DNA of 55,883 nucleotides from NCBI GenBank assembly GCA_019828565.1, contig JAHDYR010000019.1:1-55883 (forward strand), written 5' to 3'. Origin of the DNA: Carpediemonas membranifera BICM. Its lineage: Eukaryota > Protista > Fornicata. The notes under the pieces are model-generated. The model made no database searches, was not told the origin of the DNA, and was given only the letters and a program-made list of their open reading frames with translations. This document shows positions 1 through 10,510 of this stretch, one piece after another; the first letter of the stretch is position 1; each line of letters starts with the position of its first letter. Made by a program: the position numbers and the translations under genes.

Positions 1-43
1 TGTTAAAATCGTTTTCCGATGCCTGAGGAAATCATGAGGAAGT
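1..43 (+). repeat. Left terminal inverted repeat (partial, noisy)
   Basis: tgttaaaa...cgatgcctgaggaaatcatgaggaagt matches the reverse complement of 13963-14006 and 27710-27753. Confidence 0.75.
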
Positions 44-398
44 CCATTATCGATGGTGAAAACATTAGATTCAGTGAAATCTTTTCACCATTTTCACAAG
101 GCGCGCAAGAAAACGAAAGAGATGGCACTGAACACCCCTGGATGTACAGGACATCACTATACACGACAAGCTTCCATGCATCTGTGAGCTTCTGCATTTT
201 TCACACATTTTCACGAAATGCTTCTCTGCACTGGAGACTACTGTTCGCCAAGCAAGAGAATCACTGAGGTTGTCGATAAATGCTATCCATAAGCTTACTC
301 CCTGTCTTTATTTCCGCTGCTGCTTCCCTCGTAGCGACGCACACAGGTAGCTGTCGCAAAATGCACTTTAAGATTGCATTTCGCACAGCTACCTGTGC

Positions 399-1742
399 AT
401 GGTGTTTCCGAGCTCGATAGTGAGAAGCTGGAGCAACAGACTTCCTCACGTGGTAATAGTAGACGGTATCTGCACGAGTTTGAGCCGACAAGCTGAAGGT
501 CGATCAAGATTGATGAGCACTACGATATGGAGGTTCCCACCCTGCTAGCGCTCAAGGACAGTCCGCATGTCCTCCCTGTCGTCGATACAGGCTTTGTGGT
601 GCATCATGTCCCAGCCTTCTCATGACTCCTCATGTCGACCAAATTGTCGACCTCTTCGTAAGGTTGAGCCCAGCCTTCAGTTCCGCTACGTTTCGCATCT
701 ACTGCAGTCTGTATAGTTTCCATGACTATTAATGAGTTGTTTATTATGATGTTAAGCCCGGACAACTTCTTTCTTTTAGCATTGTGACCAGGAAGCTACT
801 CTCATTGACTTTGGTTCTGCTATGACGGAAGCCGGCTTCGTAGCGACGAGAACTGGGTCATACAACTGAAATCAGCATCCGAATATCGCGGCACGCATGG
901 GTATTTACCCCCAGAGATAAAACACTAAGAGGTCTTCTGCTAAAAGGTTCGGTCATCTGGAAGTTCAAAGAGCGCCATACGAGACCTCCAAGCTCACGCG
1001 AATGACTGCATCGGCTCTTTCCCGCCTGTTCTTATGTCGTCACACCTGCCTCCGACATTTACTTCCGTGCGGTGTAGTCATTATGATGCTCTCTTTTACG
1101 GTCTCCCTAAGCCCTTTGCCGCGAAGGTGACTGACATGGGTGCAAACATGGCAGATCGACAACAAGCAGGAAGAAGAAGAAGATGCTGAAGCTTTTGGTA
1201 GCTTGCTGAACTGCCAATTCTATGTGGTGGGCAGTTGCAGTTGTCACCTCAGGCACAGACATATTTCAAAGATTGCCTCGAGTGTGTCAACGTGAACTCT
1301 TGAGCTCCTGATTCGCGGCACAACGCCACCTTAATTTGCCTCAGCCTGTACGACCTGGCAATGGTGATGCTCCACCGACCCAACAAAGTCCCACCATGCT
1401 GCCGGAATGTCTTGAAAAGCTTCAAGGTCATCATGCGCGTGCATGAATCGCGTCGCCGCGACCAGTCCGCTCCTCCTCTTGGATGATACTGAACAGGTCT
1501 TACTCTCTGTAGATCAGCATGAAAGAGAATGGTCGGACTCGCCGAAGCCAACGGGGTTCTGAGGGTCAAGTCTCTTCTATCGGCGCTTCGCATAGTGCGT
1601 GGTAGGAGACCTTCATGGACGCGAGAACGTCAGCTGTGACACATGCCACAAGGGATACAGGCAGGTGAGCACCAATAAGTGCGCAAAAGGTGTAAGCGGA
1701 AGACTCCACAGGCAGTTTATTGCGATGATTGATCGGAAGTAA
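399..1742 (+). CDS. Ser/Thr protein kinase (copy 1, many indels, probably sequencing errors)
   Basis: Nucleotide match to the intact kinase at 26052-27359. Frames are broken in the low-quality window end. Confidence 0.75.
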
Positions 1743-1813
1743 AGATTATTTGAAAACGTGTAAATTTTGTGTGAAAATTGTGTGAAAAACTGTGGCTAAT
1801 TCTGCACAGAGCG

Positions 1814-2120
1814 ATGCCAAGGACGAAACCAAGGCAGATCAAGAAGAGGCCTCTCAAGATTTAACTGCCCGGCGGTGCAGGTTCGTCAAGTGGCCGGAGA
1901 TGCCGCTTCCAGTAAGGCGTATGCCGTACAGCTCGCCGTATCCATCTCCGTGCCCGTCTCCATCCACCTCTTCGTCGTCAACGCCACTCTGACCCAACCT
2001 GCTCCCACTCAGCCGTCGTCTTCAGCCTCTGCCACGCCCGTTGGCAGTCCGCCTCTTCTCCTGGCCACCATTCTCCACTGAGTCAAGAGTCTCCACTACC
2101 ATGGACTGGATGATGATGTA
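1814..2120 (+). CDS. Small basic/Pro-Ser-rich protein starting MPRTKPRQIKKR (frameshifted here)
   Basis: ATG follows a TGTGAAA-rich upstream region. Second copy at 25673-25980. Reading frame uncertain. Confidence 0.35.
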
Positions 2121-2660
2121 ACACCTGTGGTGGCACAGCATTAAACGATCATCTGATGTGTTTTTGTTACATAATTTTGCGTTGATTGCTTCAAATTGTC
2201 ATGAATTGTCACAAAACAACGGTTCATCGACAGATTCAGCACAATCTCTTTTCTCATTTTCATGCGAGAACGTGAAAGAGATTGTGCTGAAGCAGCTTGA
2301 GGCGCTTAATGTGACCAATCAGGCTCATACAACCATGTTTCAAGCGTTAAGAGTTTCAACAATCTAAACGCAACTTTTTCAATTGAATTGTCCATTTTAT
2401 CAAACATCAGAGTTATGTAGCACAAGCAATAAAGCTTCTTTCGGAGATTTTCGATGCACAAAAACATGTCAGAGACTGTGTCGTCTAGCAAAGAAATGTC
2501 CAATTTGGCTTGAAAATTGTTTTCAAGCGGATCTTTTTGAGACTTTCTTCTATCTTACACACTTCATACATGTTCTTTACTGTTAATTCAGTAACATTGA
2601 TGCCTCCGCGCCGCAGTTCCATTTGGTGAAATTCGCAGTTTATGCGTCAGAATTTCGCGG

Positions 2661-3871
2661 ATGGACATTCCTGTAATACAAGAACCTGCGGCAGCTAAAC
2701 GCGTAACAGGAGATAAAGCCAAGGTATTTCCGGGCCAATCTTTATTCGGCATACCTCAATGCATTTTTTTGACACGACGGTCACCAGCGGCATGGGTCTT
2801 TCCACGGCCGACATGCACCAATGCCTGCGCATTATTCAGGAACGCCTTCTGAAACTGGTCCCAGACATCAAGGGCTATCTGTTCGCCGATAGGACCTCGC
2901 ACGCAGCGATTGCCGCAATCAAGACCTTCCAAAACGACCATTTTGGAACAGAGGAGGTCAATAACGGCGTAGCGCACAGGCTTTGTCTTGCCAGTCAACT
3001 CCTCAGCTCAGTAGCTTCCGCGCTCAGCTCGCTAGCATACCGGAAGGCGATCGACAAGCCTGACGTATCAAATCAAGTTCAGCTTGAGGGCATCACCTGG
3101 CCCACGCTTGTCACTTATCGTCCGCCCAGAGCCAAGAATGATCCTGATCCGTCCGCCGTTCCTCCCATTTCTTCTGGTTCCACCCCCCTCCTCTCGATCA
3201 AGGCCGAGCTACCATCTGCTCGCCAGGAAACGAAGCTATCTCAGATCATGGAGTACGAGATCTCAGACGAGGATGAAGCTCTGGTCACGACTGCTCGCCG
3301 AAGGCTTGAACTTCGTCTGGATGAGGTGGAGACGCAGCCAAAACGAGCCCGACTTGATCCAGAAATGCTTGCTGAGATAGTTTCGGCCGCTGTCATCAAG
3401 CGTATCAGTAATAAGTTCGGCCAGAGTCACACGGAACCCATCTCCGAGTCCGATCAGCCCCCCTCCGACGTACACTCTCTGGCTACTCTCTACCAGAGAT
3501 CGCTGATATATGCCTGCGTCGTGTGCCGTGCTCCCGACTGGTGGTGGAATCCAAATGTCCGCGACTTTGTAACTTGCAGCTCTTGCAAGCGTTTCATGCA
3601 CAAGCATTGCCACAGACCTGGCAAAGCTGGGTCTAAGGTCCAGTGCCCATGCTGCAAGCAGTCGAAGAACCGGTGCGAAGCGTGCACAAGTGATCACAAG
3701 ACTCAGAAGAAGACCAGCGAACTGATGTCATGCTATGCCTGCCTCAAGTGGATGTGCCCGACCCACATAACTGAACTAGAGGCAAGGCTTGATCAAAGAG
3801 TGTTCACGATTCGCCTGTGTAAGATGTGCAGAAGCGTCTATGACGATCATGTGGTCAAAATGAAGTGGTAA
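2661..3871 (+). CDS. PHD-finger plus second Zn-finger protein
   Basis: CVVC-x-CSSC-x-HKHC-x-CPCC gives C4HC3 PHD spacing, followed by CEAC/CYAC/CPTH/CKMC. The 5' part (2661) joins 2759-3871 by an indel absent in the 23941-25147 copy. Confidence 0.75.
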
Positions 3872-3886
3872 ACAAGTGTAGAACTT

Positions 3887-4938
3887 TTAATGGATCGTGC
3901 GAGTGGCATGTGCGTGTCTCTGCGTCATTTGAGTGATGAACCGCTCATCTAGAACAGTGGAAGGGTTTGTTTCCAGTGGTTTGTAGTCGGTAATGCCGGT
4001 ACAGTGGTCACGAATAGACGGTAGAGGCAGAGAAGATACATACTTGGTCGGACCCAGGATCTGCATCGGCGCATTGCAGCTACTTAATGAGCCATTTGCA
4101 ATCAGCCGTCTCCCAGCAGCCCCCGGCGCGTTGCGGTAGCCTGAGAAGTACCTCGACAGAAACAGCAGGGGGTTGTCCATGCACAGCGTACGATAAATCC
4201 AGAAGCAGTCTTGCAGGTGGAGCTCATTGGCCAGTACCTGCTCTGGAGTGAGGATGATGCAGGTGTGCCTGTACGGTTTCGTCGAAATCGTCTTCATCAG
4301 CTCGGTTGTCTCGGCCGTGTCGTTATCTCTAGTACACGTGGCGAAGTAAATCATACGCACACGTGTTTGATCGACGACTGTAGGCTCCTTGAATGCGGCC
4401 GTGATCAACTCCACAAAGTTGTGGAGGAACAGGGCATCGTTTGTGGCCGCATCAATGACCAAGCGAGAAGTACTAGTCTCCGTATGGCCAGAAATGACCC
4501 AATACGTGTCGAAGTTGGCGTAAAGATCGGCCAGGGTCCTCAATTTGGAAACCAAATCTGCTGTCGAGGAGAACGACACGGCCTCGATTGTGAGGTACTG
4601 GTCACCCATGGTCTCAAGGATCGTCTTGAGCTTGACATGGTACCCTGCCGCGTCTGGCATGTGCTCAAGGTGGAACACGGCGAATGAGTCGCGAGAGGAG
4701 GCGAACCCGTTCTCTGGCTCAAGAACAACGAGCACGCGACGGTTGACAAGGTTGTCCAGAGTGAGCGGGCAGGAGTGGAACCTTGTCAAGCTGTCCGGAG
4801 GGTGATGAGGGAGGATACCAATTCCTCGATAGCCGCGACGCTTGTCTCTTTGCCGCAAACACACTCAAGCACCTTATCAGAGCCTTCTACGGCTCTTACA
4901 GCGTTCTCATTGAACACAAGCGGCAGTTCTTCGCTCAT
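3887..4938 (-). CDS. Putative clan CD (caspase/CHAT-fold) cysteine protease
   Basis: YWVISGH (His after a hydrophobic strand) and RMIYFATC (Cys after a hydrophobic strand) about 50 aa apart. Start MSEELP taken from the intact copy at 22874-23926. Confidence 0.55.
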
Positions 4939-5176
4939 TTCACAAATTTCAGAATGTGCCACCATGAAAAAAAAATTGGCACAAGCACAGTACGGCCTGA
5001 TAGCTGAAGTTTTGGCCTATAACAACCTGGAATATGTTGTTTCATCTTTGCATAAATCCATTCCCATTCATGTGTACGTCAGCAATAGGCGTTTAGCAGT
5101 GTTTCAGAAACTTTCGCGATATTTTCACAAGATGTTTTTGCGAAAATTGGCTTTTTCGCATAACGAGAGGACTTCA

Positions 5177-5950
5177 ATGGCACGTAGTAAGGCACCAGCT
5201 CATCCCCCGATCGACAGCGACAATTCAAGCGCATCTGCTGATGCTAGCGAGCAGCTTGATGATCCGATGACGCTCCCGCAAAACGTTGTCCATCGAATTT
5301 ACCCAGGTGCCACTGATGAGGAGATATCCGATCTCCGGAAGAAGTGTCACGGCATCACCCGCGTCTATGTGATGCCTGACTGAGCTGCCGGCGGCCGAGT
5401 CTTGCTGCGCTCCCTTCCTCGAGGTCGTTAAGGAGCAACCAGCCCGTGACGCCGAGACTGGGCATGTTGGCAGAGGGATGATGGCTGTCCAGGAGGTCAA
5501 AGAGGGGACCTTCCTCGGCGTCTACTGTGGCCAGCTCCTCTCAGAGGAAGAATACCTCGCCAGCAACACGTCGATGGTGTTTGTTACCCTTTATTTCATT
5601 TACATAGAATCTCCTTTTGGAACAAGGTGCGTGTGGACTCCACTGAGCTATCCTACGCCAGTGGAGTCCACCTGATCAATCACAGCGATGACTATAACTG
5701 TGTATGCAGCGAGGGCGTGCTCTGCGGCCTCCCTGTTCTTGGTGTGTATGCCAATAAGCGCATCGAGAAGGATGAGTTCCTTCGCATTGACTATCAGGAG
5801 GACTACTGGAAGGATTCGGAGGTCAAGAAAGTCGAAGTGGCTCACTTTCGGGCCCTCGAAATGACTGACAAGCGGTACATCTCCAACTTGAAGAGGATGT
5901 ATCCCAGTTTACGTCAACCTCAGCGCGCGGGAATTAAGAAGAAGAAGTAA
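5177..5950 (+). CDS. SET-domain lysine methyltransferase
   Basis: GRGMMA..GTFLGVYCG, HLINHSDDYNC, IEKDEFLRIDY motifs. Probable intron 5579-5607. The stop at 5381 is an indel absent in copy 2. Confidence 0.85.
5579..5607 (+). other. Putative 29-nt spliceosomal intron in SET gene
   Basis: AT-rich GTTTG...CATAG. Removal gives in-frame SMVISFWNKVRVDS joining the two SET halves. Confidence 0.55.
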
Positions 5951-5978
5951 ATCATGTCTGATCAATCACTTTACTCTC

Positions 5979-7583
5979 TTAGAGTTTCTCCGAAGTCGTC
6001 GCACGGGCCTTGCTCTTACCATCGCGACGTAGGAATATATGCATAGGAGTAACATCGGCAGGAGATGAGTGCTCCTTGCTGCTCATATCTGGCGGCAGGT
6101 CGACCGCCGGAGAGTGCTGGTTGATGATAGCCTTCATCTCTGGCGACAGACCGAGGTCGAGGGGTGGGACCGTTATGAACTTCTGGCCCCCGTACCTCAT
6201 CATGGTGCTATTGATCCGAGTCCATAAGGCTCCAGTCACATTGTTCCTCTGGAACAGTACCATCAAGGCAGCGAGAGGAACGTAGCGGTCAAGCTCCACT
6301 GTTGCCTCCTCGGCGCGCCTGACAAGCTCAGCCCAGTTGTCCTCGAGTTCATCGGCGAGCGCTTCAAGCCCAGCCTCACTCGCCCGTGCCAACTCTTCTT
6401 GAGTAAACTGATGGATCGCCTGATCCTCGGCCTTCTGCTGACCTAACTCAGCTTCAAGTCTCTTCTGGGACTCCTCAGAATCTCTGTTAGCCTGTTCAAG
6501 CGCCTCCCTCGCCTCCCTCTCCTCAGCAAGCCGTTTCATCAAGGGCTCGTACTGCTCCAACAAGCGCACAGACTCGGGTACATCATCAAGGCCTGCACTG
6601 GTGTCGTCTAGCTGCTGAAGGAGAGAACCAACGGTGTCTGTGTCGTCCACATCGGACTCTACGTCGACGTCTTGATCAGTCTGGGGCAACGGAACGCCGT
6701 CACCATGCATGGCGGCCGGTTCAGAGTGGCCATCGGACTCGGACTCGTCAGTGTCGGAAAATTCCACGGCGTCGCTGGCGGGTGGTGTCACATAGGCATG
6801 CCCTGTATCTTGCGCATAGGATGCAGTAACGAGTTCAAGCGAGTGTATGGCTTCCTCGCGGTCATTCCTTGCCTGAATAGCTTCGGCGGCTGCCTTGGCA
6901 ACATCTCGACGCAACCGCTCAAGCTGGGCTGATGTCACATCGCTTCCCGGATCATTCTTGCAACCAGAAAGAATGTCCTCGTAGGGGGCATGCACGCGGC
7001 GGGCCTCGACAGTGCCCTCAGGGGCGACGAAGAGAGCGCGAAGGATCAGGTTGACTTGATCTGGAAGAAAGAGACGGCCTGTTCCTTCTAGATGAATAGA
7101 GCCACGATGTGACGGCATGACAGCCTCGCGGTTATCCTCAAAGGTGATCGCTGATCCGGTGTAGTGGTCAACAAACTGCTTCCGCACGATTTCAACCTGA
7201 TCATCCTCCATAAACAAGCCTGCAGGAACCTTAGACAGCTCGGGCCGGGCAAGGTCGTCACTAATGGCCATGAGCTCGGGAAGGGAAGCCTTGTTGATGA
7301 GATCCATTAGTGAAACTCGGCCAGCGAGACCAAACACATCACGAATCTCGTCAATGACGATGTGGTCGACCAGCGCGCATCTCAGGGCTGTCTTCGTTAT
7401 CACGTTGTGCTCCTTGAGGTACTCCAATCGGCTCTTATTCGTCCGGAGTGCGAACCATCTCTCGAACATACTCTTATCTGCTCGAATAGCCTTACGCTCT
7501 TGACCAGGTGCAGCAAAAGCAATCCTAACGGTCTTCTCATGATGCTCACGAATCCAGCTGCGTAGAATAGTGATATCTAGCAT
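5979..7583 (-). CDS. Acidic coiled-coil protein, unknown function
   Basis: Long ORF with E/A/R-rich heptads. C-terminal half nearly identical to 20495-21832. Confidence 0.7.
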   Translation of the reverse strand: MLDITILRSWIREHHEKTVRIAFAAPGQERKAIRADKSMFERWFALRTNKSRLEYLKEHNVITKTALRCALVDHIVIDEIRDVFGLAGRVSLMDLINKASLPELMAISDDLARPELSKVPAGLFMEDDQVEIVRKQFVDHYTGSAITFEDNREAVMPSHRGSIHLEGTGRLFLPDQVNLILRALFVAPEGTVEARRVHAPYEDILSGCKNDPGSDVTSAQLERLRRDVAKAAAEAIQARNDREEAIHSLELVTASYAQDTGHAYVTPPASDAVEFSDTDESESDGHSEPAAMHGDGVPLPQTDQDVDVESDVDDTDTVGSLLQQLDDTSAGLDDVPESVRLLEQYEPLMKRLAEEREAREALEQANRDSEESQKRLEAELGQQKAEDQAIHQFTQEELARASEAGLEALADELEDNWAELVRRAEEATVELDRYVPLAALMVLFQRNNVTGALWTRINSTMMRYGGQKFITVPPLDLGLSPEMKAIINQHSPAVDLPPDMSSKEHSSPADVTPMHIFLRRDGKSKARATTSEKL

Positions 7584-8550
7584 CTTTTCCAAAATTTCAC
7601 AGCAATGCAGTGTTATTTTCACAGTGAATATTTTGTTCTGTCGAAATAAGATGCAGGAAGAGCTTTAGTATTAGCACGTGCGACTGAAGGCATTTTAAGC
7701 ATGTTTATAGCATGTATATGCAGGTAGTTGATTGTAGGTACTGTCAAAATTTTCTGTTTACGCAAAGCAATATAAATATGCCAATTCATCACGTAAAACT
7801 TCTGGAGCCGTGTTCAGACAGTCAGAGAACCCACCAGACCGCTTTTCAGCCAGAATAGACTCAACCCTAATTTTGCTTTACGTATATCTCGGTAAATAGA
7901 CTCGAACGATATGTAAAAATCTTGGATCCGTCCTAACATATCAAATACTACACATATACCAAGTTTCAGCCAAATCCAAGCCGAGAAGATCACCCCCGTC
8001 AAGCCCATGGACAATGGTAGGTCAGCGTGGTTTTGGCGAAAATAACAGTGCATTGCTGTATTCCAAATGTATGACTTATAGTGCAATGCACTGTTATTTT
8101 CGCAGAGCCGAACTTGGAGGTGGCCAGAAACTGAAATCGCTGAAAAGCTCAGAGACGTCGTTATATCATCTATAACGGCATCTCTGAGCTTTTGGGCGCA
8201 CGGTTTCATCAGGACGTGGAGATCGATGCTTGTGAAAATGAAGAATCGACTAGGAGAGCTCTACGCTTGCATGCAGCCTTCTATTAGGTTGTTGATGTTG
8301 GTTATATGCTTATTTTTCGTTCTCGATGCGTGTGGATGAGTACTCTGTTGCAAGATTCATTTTGATGGACTTATGTTGGTTATAGAGGATAAAGGCATCA
8401 GAATGGATCATATGCATGCTATAAACCCGTTACATGCTGTTGTAATGGCGCTACTTGTTCTTCATCATCACTTTGCCCTGATGTTTCGCAGTTGTTTCCC
8501 TAAAGTGCAAAATTTCACTGAGATTTCACGCGCATTTTAAGGAAACAATC

Positions 8551-9306
8551 ATGGCAAGGAGTAATCCGAAGGCAAGAGTGCCGAAAAGGCCTAACGCGCA
8601 GAGAAGGAAGCTTGGTGCTCGCAACCAGAAGCAGTTGAACTTGTCGAAGAAGCAGCGCAAGATCACTATGGCTGCATTGGACCTTGTCCAATCCTTCATC
8701 AACTCTCTCGAGGATCCGGGCGAGATTGAGAGGGCAAACAAGATCGTGACGGAGGCAAACAACCTGGGGCGCGACCAGGACGTCCGTGACCTGAATCCCA
8801 CGTCAGCCCGCGACAACAACGATTACAGGCACGCCACCGTGAGGGATATTGAGGCGGCCTACACCGGAGATGGCGATAATGGCACCCTGAAGCGTTTTGC
8901 GGCTCTGGTCAGCCTCGACGGCGACGACGAAGACGAGCTTCGCCCTGATGACCCCCTCATGGCCTGCGTTAAGTCGCACAGGGATCTTTTCCTCAAGATT
9001 CCCGCTGGCCTGAGGGAGGAGGTGCACCAGTTCGTGTCTTCTCAGCTCGACATCCCCACGGAGACGATCCGGCACATCCTCCATGCCAACACCCAGTCCT
9101 CCGACGCCACTGAGATCTTCAAGCGACCCACACTGGTCCCGAAGAGGTCCTATTCTTCCGTGGAGGAGCTCGGTGATATCATTGTCGCGCAGAACCGGAA
9201 GCGTGTGGAGGCGGAGCGGCGCGATGCCATACGTCGCAAGATCTACGAGACGATCATGATGTTCTACATGATCCAGTCTACTAAGCAGACCCCAGAGACT
9301 GATTAA
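8551..9306 (+). CDS. Hypothetical protein with basic N-terminus (MARSNPKARVPKR)
   Basis: 251-aa ORF, GC3-rich, preceded by TTTCAC motifs, ends in TAAA. Confidence 0.7.
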   Translation: MARSNPKARVPKRPNAQRRKLGARNQKQLNLSKKQRKITMAALDLVQSFINSLEDPGEIERANKIVTEANNLGRDQDVRDLNPTSARDNNDYRHATVRDIEAAYTGDGDNGTLKRFAALVSLDGDDEDELRPDDPLMACVKSHRDLFLKIPAGLREEVHQFVSSQLDIPTETIRHILHANTQSSDATEIFKRPTLVPKRSYSSVEELGDIIVAQNRKRVEAERRDAIRRKIYETIMMFYMIQSTKQTPETD

Positions 9307-9321
9307 ATCATCATGTGACTT

Positions 9322-10300
9322 TTACTCATACTCAATATTCCACGCGGCTTCCCAGTAGTTATCTTTCTTGCGATCTGCGTGCGATCTGTAGTAAGACCGG
9401 AGAGCAGCCATCTTGATAACGAAGACGAGGTGACCCTCCTCGATATGCTTGAGGATCATCTTCCGCTGGGTGCTTCTCGTGGTGTTTGTGGACTTTTGCT
9501 TGCTCGCCTCCTTGATCGACTTGAGCTTCTTCTTCATTGCCATCGTCAAGTCATCCTCCGTCTGAGTCAGTGTGATGTACTCGTTCGGGCTTTCGGGCAT
9601 GGGGTGGGTTGGGGCGGGTTGTCGGCGAGATGAGGCAGGATCATTGGAAGGCTGGGGTGGGGAAATGAGGTGCCGCAAGCCCTGACGACGCCGATAAGCG
9701 TCACCCGCGCTGTGGAGAAATGTGGTGATCTCCCTCACACACCCAACACAGTCGGCAAGAGACTGACCCAAAGCCTCCCACTTGGTGCCAGAGAGCGCTG
9801 CCTCCAACGTGTAGCTCGGGCTGGAGGTATCCTCGATAGACTCCAATTCCGCTGCAGGTAGCGATGTCACGAATCCAAGCTCCTTGTAGAACTCCAGGAC
9901 AGTCTCATCACACTGGAGCCTGAGCTTGGCGCCGGCAGACGCAACAGCGAGCAGGATTGACGCATATCCCTTGCCTCGGTGGGCCACCTTCGTGCCAAGA
10001 GTAACGACGTACTTACTCTTGAAGTTCGGCACACCCGAAATGCCCTCCTGTACCATGAGCAGCATAGAGACGATGTCGTTGGTGGTGGTGCTGACAATGG
10101 CGATCATGCTATGTAAGAGCTTGGGGTGGGTCATACAGGGTGTTGTTCAGTTCAATGGCACTGAGCATTTCCGTAACATGAAATGACGACAGGAAGGACA
10201 GTACGCTGTGCACATACTGGCTGTTGTCGTCCAGTAGTACATATACTAGGTGACAACCATCCATGGCCAATATCGTGTTCTTCCAGTCGTCGTTAGGCAT
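9322..10300 (-). CDS. GNAT-family acetyltransferase
   Basis: Motif A VVTLGTKVAHRGKGYAS and FYKELGF. ORF 10109-10300 is probably its N-terminus, offset by one frameshift. Confidence 0.75.
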
Positions 10301-10510
10301 GTTTCACGCTTCTGCTGAAATTTTTCACACAGATTTCGCAAACTGCATTTGTGCCACCATGAAAAAAAATTGGCACAAAACGAATTGAAGTCAATTCACG
10401 ACTTATTCGACGAGTAGGGGGTCAGGCAAGTATTATGGGCGCATTATCTTTCCCGGCAAGCGAAATGTATTCTCATCAATCATGCTTTTACAATCTCAGC
10501 TTTTCTATCT

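Larger units (their letters stand above)
1..6764 (+). repeat. Left arm of 6.7-kb inverted duplication
   Basis: Reverse complement of 21047-27753. Identity ends at gtgtcggaaaattc inside the coiled-coil gene. Confidence 0.95.

Noticed and set aside
7814-8209. 131-aa ORF in AT-rich spacer, and short ORFs at 27760-28341
   Set aside because: Composition unlike neighbouring genes and no recognisable motifs.
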